NCBI GenBank assembly: GCA_026023565.1
Contig: JAPETS010000006.1
Span: 620,001 to 684,000, forward strand
Origin: Cirrosporium novae-zelandiae
Lineage: Eukaryota
DNA length: 64,000 nucleotides
Direction: 5' to 3'
Made by a program: the position numbers and the translations under genes. Below the pieces are notes generated by a model that saw only the letters and a list, made by a program, of their open reading frames with translations, ran no database searches and was not told where the DNA came from. Positions within the stretch are counted from its first letter, which is position 1; each line of letters starts with the position of its first letter. Positions 37,346-48,465 of this stretch are shown piece by piece.

Positions 37346-38973
37346 ATGGCCTTCGTTTTGAATGCCTCCCCTCTATTGAGGACAGCAGTACCCAGGCTTT
37401 CGAAAGAATTCTTCACCTGCCGTCAATGTTTTCGAGCAGCAGCACCGCTGAAGCGGATGCCGTTTGGCAAATTTGCAAAGCCTCCCTTCTTTCAAGCTTC
37501 GAGATGGAATAGTTCTCAAGCAATCCCCAAGAAATCAGAAAAGTCTCCATTGGATTCATTGAGTAGGACAATTGGTGCGAAGGAAGCTAGACAGGCTGCT
37601 GGTAGCAAAGCAAGCAAGTCTTTTTTCCCTGAAGTTAGTGATAAGTCTGTCGCATACTGGTTGCTGGGAAGTGCAGCCAGTGTGTTTGGCATCGTTATAT
37701 TTGGAGGATTGACGAGGCTTACGGAGTCTGGGTACGTCAAAGAGATGTCCTTGCTTGGTGATATATATTAATATGGTACAGGCTGAGCATCACAGAATGG
37801 AAACCCGTAGCCGGCTCCTTACCCCCCATGAGCACAGAAGATTGGGAATCGGAATTTGAGAAATACAAAGCCACGCCCGAATTCGCAATGCTCAACTCTC
37901 GCATAACGCTGGAAGAGTTTAAGAAAATCTACTACATGGAATGGATACACCGCATCTGGGGAAGATTCATCGGACTGTCGTTTGTGATACCAGGCGCATA
38001 CTTTGTTGCGCGCCGGAGAGTCTCCACCAGGATGGCATGGAGGATCCTGGGGATTTCTGGTCTTATCGGCTTCCAGGGCTTCGTCGGATGGTGGATGGTG
38101 GCATCGGGTCTCAAGAAGCACCTCTTCGCCCCGGGGAGTCATCCCCGCGTTAGTCAATACCGACTAACGGCCCACCTCGCGGCCGCCCTCGCCACATTCA
38201 CAGCGATGCTCTGGAATGGGCTCATAATCCTCCGAACACGCCGCTTCCTCGCCGACCCCGCCAAAGCCGTCAACATCCTCAAGGCCATGGTGAACCCAAA
38301 ACTCAAATTCTTTAAAAAGTCCACCGCGGCCTTCGCCATCCTCACCTTCGCGACCATCATGTCCGGCGGCTTCGTCGCTGGCCTCGACGCGGGGCTTATC
38401 TACAACGAGTTCCCGATGATGGGCCTCGGCCTCACACCTCCGCTTGACGAACTCTTCACCGACTTCTACTGCCAACGCGGTGACAAGAAGGACCTCTGGT
38501 GGCGCAACTTGTTTGAAAACCCTTCCCTCGTCCAGCTGGAACATCGCATCCTGGGCACCTCCACCTTCACCGCGGCTATTGCCCTGTTCGCCTATGCCCG
38601 ATACAATCCCCTTGGGCGTGGCCTCCTACCCGCCAGCGCCATGAGAGGCGTTCACGGCGTAGTAGGCTTCGCCGTCTTGCAGTTTACTCTCGGTCTCCTC
38701 ACCCTCCTCTACATGGTCCCCATCCCACTAGCATCGCTGCACCAGGCCAACAGCATGCTCCTATTTACATGGAGTCTTGTCCTCGGAAGCCGGGTGTGGT
38801 TTCCCTCCAAGGCTGCAGCCCTGGTCGCGAAACGCATGATCCAGATTGAAAAACAATCGGCCATGAATTCACATTTCAGCGCGCAGACGGTCAGGAATTT
38901 TGGGACTTTGGCGACGAGGACGAGGACGATGCCGGCGAGGTTGTCGGTTGGACGTATCTCCTCCAAGGCGTGA
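37346..38973 (+). CDS. COX15: Heme A synthase Cox15; intron 37732-37781
   Basis: Mitochondrial presequence, GGLTRLTESG|LSITEWKPV, EWIHRIWGR, PRVSQYRLTAHL, GFVAGLDAGLIYNEFP, VQLEHR and SLHQA. Confidence 0.96.
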
Positions 38974-39144
38974 GTGGGTGAGTAAGTGAGGTGTGGGATA
39001 TATACACCCCTATCTGTGTCCTTGCTGTAGACGTGCGTTGCATGTGTACTGTACATTAAACCACGAATGTTTCCCCCCGCCTTTTTTTGGATTGGTGATT
39101 CAAAATCTAAGATCTAGATTCATTCGTTTATGTAAATACCTACT

Positions 39145-39146
<2 letters not shown>

Positions 39147-39180
<34 letters not shown>
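39147..39180 (+). repeat. (TG)n microsatellite, ~17 units
   Basis: Directly visible. Confidence 0.95.
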
Positions 39181-39187
<7 letters not shown>

Positions 39188-40043
39188 TTACTTACTTATC
39201 TTACATACACACACTAGTATTACTACTACTCTACTCTACTCTACTCCCATCTCCTTCCAACTTCCAGGTCCCAGCTCCTATCCAAATACTCCATACTTCA
39301 TAAAGCAAAAGTCCTAAATCAAAGAGTCAATCACGACCAATCCAATCCAATCCAAAAAAAGTTACAACGCTGTTACGACGCTTAGGGTAATGCTCAGTTG
39401 AGGAAGGCTATTTAGGTGTGTATAACTGGTGTGGACTGTACTGTATGAATCTATAGAGAATATAGTCTAAGTGTTATATGGAACAGCGCGGTTGGTTACC
39501 CTAATTATCCGACCGGTTATCTAGTTTGCCTAGTTTGTCTAGTTTGTCTTGAGTACAAACCCCATTATTGTGGGGTAGATATCTATCTATACTGTGATAT
39601 CTACCAGTTCCTTGTACTATACTTTACTTTTCTCCATTACAATAATAAGAATGGAGATTGGAAAAAACAGGAGACAACAACAACAACAACAACAACAACA
39701 CTGCCTATTCTTGTGGCAACCACTAATTACTATGATTTTTTTCAGGTTAAATATATTCTTTACTTTCTCTCAATCCTTGTGTTAGTCACTATTTTTCATG
39801 CTCCCCTCCTGTTATGGAACCGCTATGCTCTTGCCTTTGCTTGCTTGATAGTAGTTTCATATGCATGGGCCCCCTAATGGGGTACATTGGTACTTCGTTT
39901 ACTATCAGAAACCATCATCCTTTAACAATAATCCAACTTATCACATCTCATTATCACAAAACCAGTATTTCCCCTTACGCCTCCCTTATCGGTACCTCCT
40001 TAGAGATCATAGACAAATATCTATTTCTTCTCACCTTTCCAGT

Positions 40044-41217
40044 TCAAGAGTTTTTGGAGCCTTTTAAAATTCCAGCGAATTTCTGTCGCATATTTTCAAA
40101 CGCAACATTTAGAGGACATGATCCTCCTCCGCTGCAGGTATGGTCTCGCCCGTAATATCCCAAACTGGAGGAGGATGGTATGTTATTACACACTGCCTGT
40201 ACACTACCTTTAAACCGTTGAGAAAAAGGCCAGATTCCCTTTGCCACTAGAGTACCGAAAAACTCATCCAGCCTCGTCTCAGAGGTGCATTGCACAACTT
40301 CGAATTCTCGATTGTGACATGAGTGGCAGACCTTGGTTGCTGGGGGCTTATGACATCTACAGCTGATGCAGATTTTGTTTCGGGTATCAAAACATCGATC
40401 ATCAACGCGAATTTCTTGGATGAGTTCTTCCAAGATGGCCAAAAGATTATGAAACAAGTCATATCTTAACAGACCCAAATCCGCTAAATATTGTTAACCC
40501 ATCTCCAGAATGTAAAAATAAACGATGCGGGGTTTTCGCTGATTACATACCTCGAAGAGAGTGCGGGAAGACTTCATGTAGTTTCAGGGTCTTTAGGTCT
40601 TCCGAATTCAAAGAATATGCTAGACTGCTGGAAATAGACTCGAACTCTTCCTTCATTTTCAGTACATATGCTATCAAAAGAAGCTTCAACAATCTATCTT
40701 GCTCTGCTGTCTGAAAGGTTATCTTGCTTATCCATGTGGCGCTTATAAATCTAACGAGATCTATGCAGAGATATTTGTCACTTATCAGCGCGAGCTGAAC
40801 CATACGATCAACGTCCGGAATGTCCGTCGCCGCCGTCGATGGAAACTTATAATGAAGGACCTGAAAAAAGAGGAGCAAGGCCTCCGGGTCGTCATCTTGA
40901 AGGTGCAAATCGAGCGGATCTTCCACGCTGCGAGGAGACTTGCCCTCTCGAAAGTCACCATTGAGCGTAGCATCAAACACCGGAGAAGCCATGCTTAGCA
41001 CATTCGAAGATACTAACAGGCGCTTCGGGCCGGAGCGAACCAGAACATCGCCTCGTGGATCAATCTTATTCACATCTTCAGCTTCCTCCTCGTTTCTAAT
41101 AAGAGTCAAATCCTTTTGCAGCATATGTTCTTCTACTTCGGTATCATTCGTAGACTCGTTTTGAACTTCGAGATGGCGGCGTAGGTTCTCCGGAATCTCA
41201 GTTCTGTGGTCATTCAT
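40044..41217 (-). CDS. BTB/POZ-domain protein with Cys-rich C-terminal region; intron 40550-40484
   Basis: IDPRGDVLV....RLLVSSNVLSMASPVFDATLNGDFREG...LQDDDPEALLLFFQVLH...LALISDKYLC (fungal BTB). GTATGT...TTAAC...TAG intron joins the 144-aa ORF containing CISCRC, CHSC and HTCSGGGSCPL. Confidence 0.85.
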
Positions 41218-41265
41218 GCTTGTTTTTATGGATTTGATTAGGGATATGCGATTTTAGGCGTATAT

Positions 41266-41754
41266 TCTGTTTTGCTTACGTCTAGAATAGTCGTCTCGCA
41301 GGTTTATATAATTTTCACGCCGCAGGGCCTAGCCTAGCTATTTGTCAAAGACTGGGCTACGATAGCGTAGGTAGCGATATAGGTGCGTTGCTTGTGCGTA
41401 TAATAGTTATATCTCAACAGTAAGGTCTGAGTAGAATACAAGACTGAAAGCTGGCCTTCCTCAACTTTCTCTCTTCCCTCTATATGAGCTTCCCATTCTA
41501 TCTATGATGCGCTTCCCCTCAACTCTATATGAGCTTCCCATTCTATCTATCTATGATGCGTTTCCCCTCAACTCTATCCGCGCCATAACCTTATGCTTTC
41601 TGCATCCGGCCCTCGTACCTAGACCCTGTGCTTTATATCCTCTCACGGGGGGGGTACATCCGCAATGGATGAAATAGCTTGGCTAGGTCCTGCGGTTGAA
41701 AATTATATACTCTATAAACTGCGAGATGATCGTTTTAGACGTATGCAAAACAGA
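41266..41754. repeat. Imperfect ~80-bp inverted repeat (arms 41266-41343 and 41672-41754), possible MITE or inverted promoter duplication
   Basis: Left arm tctgttttgcttacgtctagaatagtcgtctcgcaggtttata...taattttcacgccgcagggcctagcctagctattt aligns with the reverse complement of the right arm, tctgttttgcatacgtctaaaacgatcatctcgcagtttata...taattttcaaccgcaggacctagccaagctattt. Confidence 0.8.
41478..41577 (+). repeat. Direct tandem duplication of a ~45-nt unit inside the inverted repeat
   Basis: ctctatatgagcttcccattctatctatgatgcgcttcccctcaa occurs twice; the second copy has an extra ctat and one substitution. Confidence 0.9.
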
Positions 41755-42738
41755 TCAGTCATGCATAAGCTGGCTGGGTAGGGAAGAACGAATCCACGTA
41801 CCGATCAATATCTTATAATAATTATCCTCTGAAGCGGTTCCACATAGTCTAGCTATCTATCACTAATTAATAAGAAACCTAGACAGAAGTCATTATTTCA
41901 TAAATCTAAACTCTAGATAATTTGCTCATTTGACTTACATTCATCGGCCTTCTACAAGTAAAGGATAATGATAATTAATGACCCCCTATGAAAAAAAATA
42001 TAATTCCATCAGCATAAACCGTGTAATTACCTGAAGAAGGTCTAATTAGGCTTTCTTGGTGATAATTAATTACCTAGGTAGACTAATTAATCCATGTGAT
42101 GTAGGAACCGCTTTAAGTTAGAGGACAAGTACCTAATTAGGTACTTAATAACAAAGGTGTCTAGTCTAGTCTACTAGATTTCTGGATTCTAGATTACATT
42201 TCTAACCAAACCGATGGAATCGAAAGAGAGAGGGGAGAGACAGTGATTGCGCTAACCATACATGAACATAGAAAATCAAAATAATAAAAAAAGGGAAAGT
42301 AGAAGAATATATAAAATACATATTATTGGGTGTACTCTATAGAGTCTTGTTTGCTATTATCGCCTGGATATTCATTGCAAATCAATCAACTAGCTTCATC
42401 GCATCGGGCATCCATCAGCTCATTCGTTATATCGTTATCATCATCCCATACAGAAAAATTCCGAAAAGAAAAACAAAAAAAAACAAAAAATTGAGTAGGC
42501 AAGCAAACCAAAGTAGACAAACAGACAAACAGACAAAAATAAAACAAGGTAAACAGGCAAACAGACAGGTAAACACGTAAGATCACTAGATAGGATACAA
42601 TACAATCTAACTGTATGCGTGCATGCATGTCCATCCAAATCCCATCACCAAACCCCAAAACCGAAACCGAGAGAACTTTTAAACTAGCAATCAAAAGGAA
42701 TTTGATATTACCACCTAATAATCTCATCACTCTCTCCC

Positions 42739-44688
42739 TTACCACTCCCCACCAGATACCCCAGCTCCAATCCTCCTAAGAACTTCCATTTCTATATCAA
42801 CATCCTCTTCCCCACCACCATCATCATCATCACCATCTTCTCTCAGACCATCCCCTCCAACACCACCATCATCATCTCCCCGCCTCCCTTGTACCACTAC
42901 AGTCCCAGCAAACGCATCCGCCAAAGCCAAAAGCGCTCTGTTGATATTCCTCAACTGTGCCTGCGTTTGCTGGTGCGATCGCGCGTGCGCTTGGATTTGC
43001 TGTGCTAGGTGAAGATTTAGCTGGGCTTGCGTTTGTGTTTGATATAGATTGTTAGTCTCAGTTGGAGCGAGAGGGGGAGGGATAGGATCTTCTTCTTGGA
43101 TTCGTCGGCGTTTGTGTTGTTCATTGGTTTCGGGGGAAGAAGGGTTTAGGAGCTCGTGGATGCGTTTGTGACGGGTTGTTGTTGTGGTAGTGGAGTGGGG
43201 GGGTATCGGGGGTGGAACCGAGAATGCTGGCATGGGGGTAGGTATAGATATATTGTGGCTAGGTGGCGGGTCGTTGTGAGTGTTGGATTCGTGCAGGGAA
43301 GGTAAGCTATGGTGGTGTGTATATGATAAGAGAGGAGAATCAGAATACTCTAGGTCCCCTCGAGGTTTGGTGAGGTTTGAGAATATTAGGGTTTGATGTG
43401 AAGAAGTGGTGGTGGCAGCGGCAGCAGCGGCGGCTTCTGCAAACGTGGTAACCCTTTCTTTTCCTTTGAGTGATGGTTTGGTGTGGTCCTGCTGGGGTTG
43501 ACTTGCCATAGTCGATAATGGCCTCGTCTTCTTCCCCTCACTCCTTTTAACAACAGTGATAATTCTATTTTGAGCGCATGCAGGCCGAAGTCGAGATTTC
43601 TGAGGTCTATGCGGATTGTTATCGTCATCGACGGGGGAGTCCTCGGGAATGAATAGAGACCCCTCGCCCCTGGAGGAGTCATTTTCACTACTATATTCCA
43701 GAGATGGAGCAATTAGAACACTGCTTATATAGTCTTCACAAAGGTCAGTCTCATACCTATGTCCACTTGATACGTCTCGCCTAGCGCCTGTGAGTCCTGG
43801 ACCCTCATTTCCCTTCTCAGAACCGGAGTCACTCTCATCATCAGAAGGCATGATGTGAATGCCTTGTTTTGCCAACTCAGTGGCTGCTGCCAAAACCTTT
43901 GTCTCCATATCAGCAGCCGCACTGGCAAGCATGTCGAGTCCAGGTGCAGAGGACTCAACACTGGCTGTAGGGGGGTTGACTTCGTTCGGCCGGTTTGCTG
44001 AAGAGGTATACTTGGTCTCTAGTATCGATGGAGTATCCGGGGAAGGTCGGAATGTGAGCTGATATGGAGGCGATTGGGAGGCGCCTACCGTGCGAGAGGC
44101 TGGGTTCTTTACGGGGACCCTGATACTAATGCGGGGTTTTGAAGGGCCTGCCTCCATCGTTTCTTTAGGGATACTCCTCGTGCTCTTTCGCAGATGTTTG
44201 GAAGGAGGAGAACCCTTAGCTTTCATCGTCTCACTCACATTAGTCTCTGCTGGATTTTTATCACTATCTTCCCTGTTATTACGGCCTCCACGAACACCAC
44301 AACCACTTCTCCCTCGTCCTCGCCCTCTAGCTGCAGTCTTGAGTTTGCTCTTGCTTTCAGCAATAGCAGCATCGGGGGTCCAATCCGAGTGGCCCATGTT
44401 AACTTGATGGACTCCACCATCCTCAGCGTTGTCTAAGCACGGTGTGCATATTTGTATCCCGCAGTCTTGACAGCGATAGATTATTTGTGTATTGTGCTTG
44501 TTGCAGCGGTCACACTTCGCTGTGTGAATTTTGATCGGAGTAAACCTGTTGTGGAGAGTAGGTGGGCGAGATAGAGCACTAGAGGAAACCGAAGGACGAG
44601 AGGATGGAGGGTTCACCACAGGCGCTCGAGATGGTACCGGCTCTCCTTGGCCTGCAGCGTCTTTTGTAGAGCCTCTCTGGTTAGGCAT
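42739..44688 (-). CDS. Uncharacterised 649-aa mostly disordered protein with an N-terminal CxxC-x9-CxxC-x4-CxxC putative zinc-binding motif
   Basis: Long open ORF. HTAKCDRCNKHNTQIIYRCQDCGIQICTPC...H motif, RG-rich segment and a HKRRRI NLS-like motif. Confidence 0.7.
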   Translation of the reverse strand: MPNQRGSTKDAAGQGEPVPSRAPVVNPPSSRPSVSSSALSRPPTLHNRFTPIKIHTAKCDRCNKHNTQIIYRCQDCGIQICTPCLDNAEDGGVHQVNMGHSDWTPDAAIAESKSKLKTAARGRGRGRSGCGVRGGRNNREDSDKNPAETNVSETMKAKGSPPSKHLRKSTRSIPKETMEAGPSKPRISIRVPVKNPASRTVGASQSPPYQLTFRPSPDTPSILETKYTSSANRPNEVNPPTASVESSAPGLDMLASAAADMETKVLAAATELAKQGIHIMPSDDESDSGSEKGNEGPGLTGARRDVSSGHRYETDLCEDYISSVLIAPSLEYSSENDSSRGEGSLFIPEDSPVDDDNNPHRPQKSRLRPACAQNRIITVVKRSEGKKTRPLSTMASQPQQDHTKPSLKGKERVTTFAEAAAAAAATTTSSHQTLIFSNLTKPRGDLEYSDSPLLSYTHHHSLPSLHESNTHNDPPPSHNISIPTPMPAFSVPPPIPPHSTTTTTTRHKRIHELLNPSSPETNEQHKRRRIQEEDPIPPPLAPTETNNLYQTQTQAQLNLHLAQQIQAHARSHQQTQAQLRNINRALLALADAFAGTVVVQGRRGDDDGGVGGDGLREDGDDDDGGGEEDVDIEMEVLRRIGAGVSGGEW

Positions 44689-45764
44689 CTTGACGAGATA
44701 TTATAATTTCACTTGAGCTGTCTAGTGATGAAAGTATACCAATAAGTATTATGTCGGTAGTTTCAAGGCTACTCTGAGGATGAGAATCAAGATGCCAAAA
44801 ATAATGACTAGTAGATGTAGAAGTAAACCGTAGTTTAAATATGAAAGATCGATTAGTGTTTCTAATGTCAACTATCGTTCCTCAAAGCGACGGGATAATA
44901 GATTCTCTATAAGGATTAGTTACAGTGGAACTCAGCGCATTTATCCTGCCAGAAGAGAGAAGAGAGTGCGTACTTATAGTCTATTACAAACGGAGTAGCA
45001 TGGAGCTAGACAATAAATGTTGGTAGAAAATAATGCTATCCCAGATAGCTTGAATGAAGTCAAATGACTGAAATGCTGTTGTTCGATGGATGGCAAAACA
45101 ACACGAATGGAACGTAGTGAAAGCCGAGGGGTAAAAATAAAGCTAAGATTCAGAGCTCAGGGCGTTTTTTTTCACTTTTAAGATTCGGTCAGATGGCTCT
45201 GTGCGCGCTTGAGGTGTGGGGGATTCACTCTTGTGGGTGTACCTAGGTACTTATGGAAGGAGGAACTAATGGAACCAAGACCTAATAAAGAAAAGAGCTG
45301 AACATAATGAATAAATAAAGCCCTCATGAAGAAGACAGGAGCGAGAAAATATATATAGAATCCATCCATTGTACCGAGGCATAAGGGAAGTGTTTTTAAG
45401 ACAGGTCGTCCCAGCCCCTAGGCCGTATTTGATACATTTGATACACTGGGAACGCCCTCAGGCCAAAATAGCCAACCTTGCAAAGCACAAGTTTTATTCA
45501 TCTAGGTAGTCGTAAAACATCATCTATCAACTTCAATTCCTCCACGAATCTGGTTTTGCGGAGGCGAAAGAAAGCGCTTTCTCCCAGGGTATTCATCTTT
45601 TATCCTGTAGCCCTTATGGACTCTATTTCACCCTCATGTAGACATACCTATCTAGATAACTCATGTATCGTAACTCATGTGTATAACCCGAGTTCACGTG
45701 ACACAAGAAAACCCGTAAAACGCTGGACAACTTTTATCTTCTGAGATCTTACTCCATCAAAAAC

Positions 45765-47567
45765 CTAAGGGGCCGTCGCCGGAGTCGGGGCTACCACCGT
45801 AGCCGGATTCGATGAGTCTGCTTCTTCTGCCGGCCGAACAGGAAGTTGTTGACCTGATTGCATTGCGGATTTCATCATTGGGAAAGCTAAAACCTCTTGA
45901 ATATTATAGACATCGGCCAGGTACATAACCACTCTATCGATACCCATGCCCCAACCTCCTGTGGGAGGAAGAGCATGCTTGAGCGCATCGATGAAGTCAC
46001 TATCAAGCATTTGTGCCTCGTCGTCACCTGCTGCCTTCTGACGGGCTTGCTCCTCGAATCGCCGTTGTTGCTCACGATCATCATTCAATTCTGAATATGC
46101 ATTCACAATTTCGTGCTTGCATACAAAGACTTCAAATCGCTCTGTCAAGCCAGCACGCTCGCGGTGGTCTCGAGCAAGGGGTGACATAATGAGAGGGTGG
46201 TTCATGATTATAGTGGGATTGATGCATTTTTCTTCGATAAACTCACCGATGAGCTTGTCGATTATACGCGCACTTGTTTGGGGTGGGCTGCACTCAATCT
46301 TGCACTTCTCCAGGACACGTTTGAGGAACGCATTGGTTTCGTCTGTGTGTAGTTCAGTGGCTGGAGGAAACTTCTCTCCAGTTGCTTCTTCAAGGGTAGA
46401 GATAATGTCAACCCGTTTCCAGGGCCCCTTCCAGTTGACATGGAGTTCCTCTCCTTCCTGGGTGTGGTATGTAGTCTCATAACTTCCAGTGATATGCTTG
46501 ACTAATCCCGAGACAAGATCTTCGGTCAGGTCAATCATAGTATACATATCGCCAAATGCCTGATACGCTTCGGCACTGGTGAATTCGGGGTTATGTGTAT
46601 GGTCAATACCTTCATTACGGAAGTTCTTGCCGATTTCAAATACACGGTCCATGCCGCCGACAATGAGCTTTTTCAAAGCAAGTTCGGGGGCAATTCGCAT
46701 GTAAAGGGGTTGATTGAGAGCATTATGGAAGGTTTCAAATGGCTTAGCAGTGGCGCCGCCGGCAATGGCTTGCATCATCGGGGTCTCAACTTCGACAAAG
46801 TCTCTTTCCACGAAAAAGTTACGAATGTAGTTCATTGCCCTACTTCGCAATCTGAGGATCGAACCTCTCTGTTCGTTCATGATAAGGTCGAGATATGGAC
46901 GGGCGTAACGCTGTTCCTGGTCCTTGAAGCCATAGTATTCACCAGGCAATAGAGCGTAGCAGGGGGAAAGGAGGACAACTTCTCGAGCAAATACTGACAA
47001 TTGACCTGTTTCTCGATTCTTTGGGCTGGTAACACCGGGGAATCCCCGAATACCAACCCAATCACCTCTCATAATGTGTTCATGCTGCTTCTGGAACTCC
47101 TCTGGAGAGGGAGCATTCTGGAGCTGACACATGACTTGTAATTTGACATCCCTGTGCTTCACATCAAGGAAGATCAATTTATTGCCAGAGGTTCTCTTGT
47201 TGTAGATTCTTGCAGCGATTCGAATTTCTTTATCCTCAACTTGTTCACCCTTCTTCAGATATGCATATTCATCTAAGAAAGCTTGCACGTTCGTATTCGT
47301 CTCATATCTGTATTGTGGTGGGAGATTGGCAGCATCCATATCCTTGCGTCTGTTTTCATAGTACTTCCTCGGGTCTATCTCTTCCTCTTGAGTAGTTTTT
47401 GCAGTTGAAGAGGGAGGCGGGGCCTTTGCAGCCTTTTCGGCCTTGCGAGCAGCTGCGGCTTCTTGCTTGGCTCTTCTCTTTTGTTCATTTTTAGATAAAG
47501 TTGCTGGGGGTTGGTCGGCGGGTGTCTGATCGGGAGTAGCCCCCGAATTGACTGGTACTTGTTCCAT
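45765..47567 (-). CDS. KRS1: Cytosolic lysyl-tRNA synthetase (class IIb), intronless
   Basis: SKNEQKRR N-terminus, OB-fold anticodon domain, VEVETPMM, GGATAKPF, YMRIAPEL, FRNEGIDHTHNPEFT (motif 2) and PPTGGWGMGIDR (motif 3). Confidence 0.97.
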   Translation of the reverse strand: MEQVPVNSGATPDQTPADQPPATLSKNEQKRRAKQEAAAARKAEKAAKAPPPSSTAKTTQEEEIDPRKYYENRRKDMDAANLPPQYRYETNTNVQAFLDEYAYLKKGEQVEDKEIRIAARIYNKRTSGNKLIFLDVKHRDVKLQVMCQLQNAPSPEEFQKQHEHIMRGDWVGIRGFPGVTSPKNRETGQLSVFAREVVLLSPCYALLPGEYYGFKDQEQRYARPYLDLIMNEQRGSILRLRSRAMNYIRNFFVERDFVEVETPMMQAIAGGATAKPFETFHNALNQPLYMRIAPELALKKLIVGGMDRVFEIGKNFRNEGIDHTHNPEFTSAEAYQAFGDMYTMIDLTEDLVSGLVKHITGSYETTYHTQEGEELHVNWKGPWKRVDIISTLEEATGEKFPPATELHTDETNAFLKRVLEKCKIECSPPQTSARIIDKLIGEFIEEKCINPTIIMNHPLIMSPLARDHRERAGLTERFEVFVCKHEIVNAYSELNDDREQQRRFEEQARQKAAGDDEAQMLDSDFIDALKHALPPTGGWGMGIDRVVMYLADVYNIQEVLAFPMMKSAMQSGQQLPVRPAEEADSSNPATVVAPTPATAP

Positions 47568-47658
47568 GGTGGTAAATATTTGTAGAGATTTAATGATAGT
47601 GGGGGTGTTTTTTTCTTATCGGGGAAAAAAAAGAGGGTGAGTCTAATTATTCGGAAAG

Positions 47659-47695
47659 TGAGTCAACGCCTTCACGTGATCTATAGTCATGTGAC
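47659..47695. promoter_or_regulatory. Gcn4/CpcA element TGAGTCA (47659-47665) plus E-box TCACGTGA (47672-47679) and near-palindrome GTCATGTGAC (47686-47695) upstream of KRS1
   Basis: Exact motif matches 92-128 bp upstream of the KRS1 ATG. Fungal aaRS genes are established targets of cross-pathway (general amino acid) control. Confidence 0.6.
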
Positions 47696-48465
47696 TTAGG
47701 ATAATTATCCCATCTATTCTAGCTACTTGTATTAATTATGATAATAATGTACGGAGTCACCCGAAATACGAAAAGCGACACTTCTATGGTATTAAACAGG
47801 AAGCGAAATACAGTGCTAAATGAGTGTTTCTCAACAACGCATGTAATTAATTATATACCTACCTAGGTAGATATAGTCATCATTAAAAATGGATAAATAT
47901 GAAGGATGAGGAACAAGTTTTAGAGGTTCCTCGGGGAAAAGATAAAGTACCTCCGTTGGTACTTTTTTTACCCTTCCCATCCATGCCTTCATGGCCTTCA
48001 TGGCCTTTCCACCCTGCATTCCCTGTAGACCCTTAGGTCATTATCTACCAAAAGGATTCGCCAAGAACATCGTCATTATACTTCAACTACATGTAGGTTG
48101 TTTCCCGAAAGTAGGTTCCGGCGTGACGCTTCTGGAATTTTTGGTCATTTACATTATTTTTCTTGTAGAAATCAATCTGAATGCTTACACCGATGCTTAT
48201 ATGAGTACCTCATGCTCACTCGTCCACGTCCACGTCCATATCCCCTACTTTGAAGAATGGACCATTCAAGTATTGATGATATGTTGATGATCATATAGTT
48301 AAAGCTAATGGGTTACACCGATTTTCTAGGACCCTCTCATGAAGACAAGTAGTCAGGGCTTCCCCGCTCCCTCTTTTCCAACGCCAAAATCTACCAATCT
48401 CTCGGACTTTGAAAACTGTCCTTCGCTCATACCCACACACACCTAATGTCTTCTTGCAGGCAATA

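Noticed and set aside
41478..41577. CRISPR-like repeat array
   Set aside because: Only two abutting copies with no spacers, no cas genes, and the genome is eukaryotic.
45765..47567. Intronless KRS1 as a retrocopy or horizontal transfer
   Set aside because: It has a eukaryotic N-terminal extension, an intact frame and a fungal-type promoter, with no poly-A or TSD remnant.
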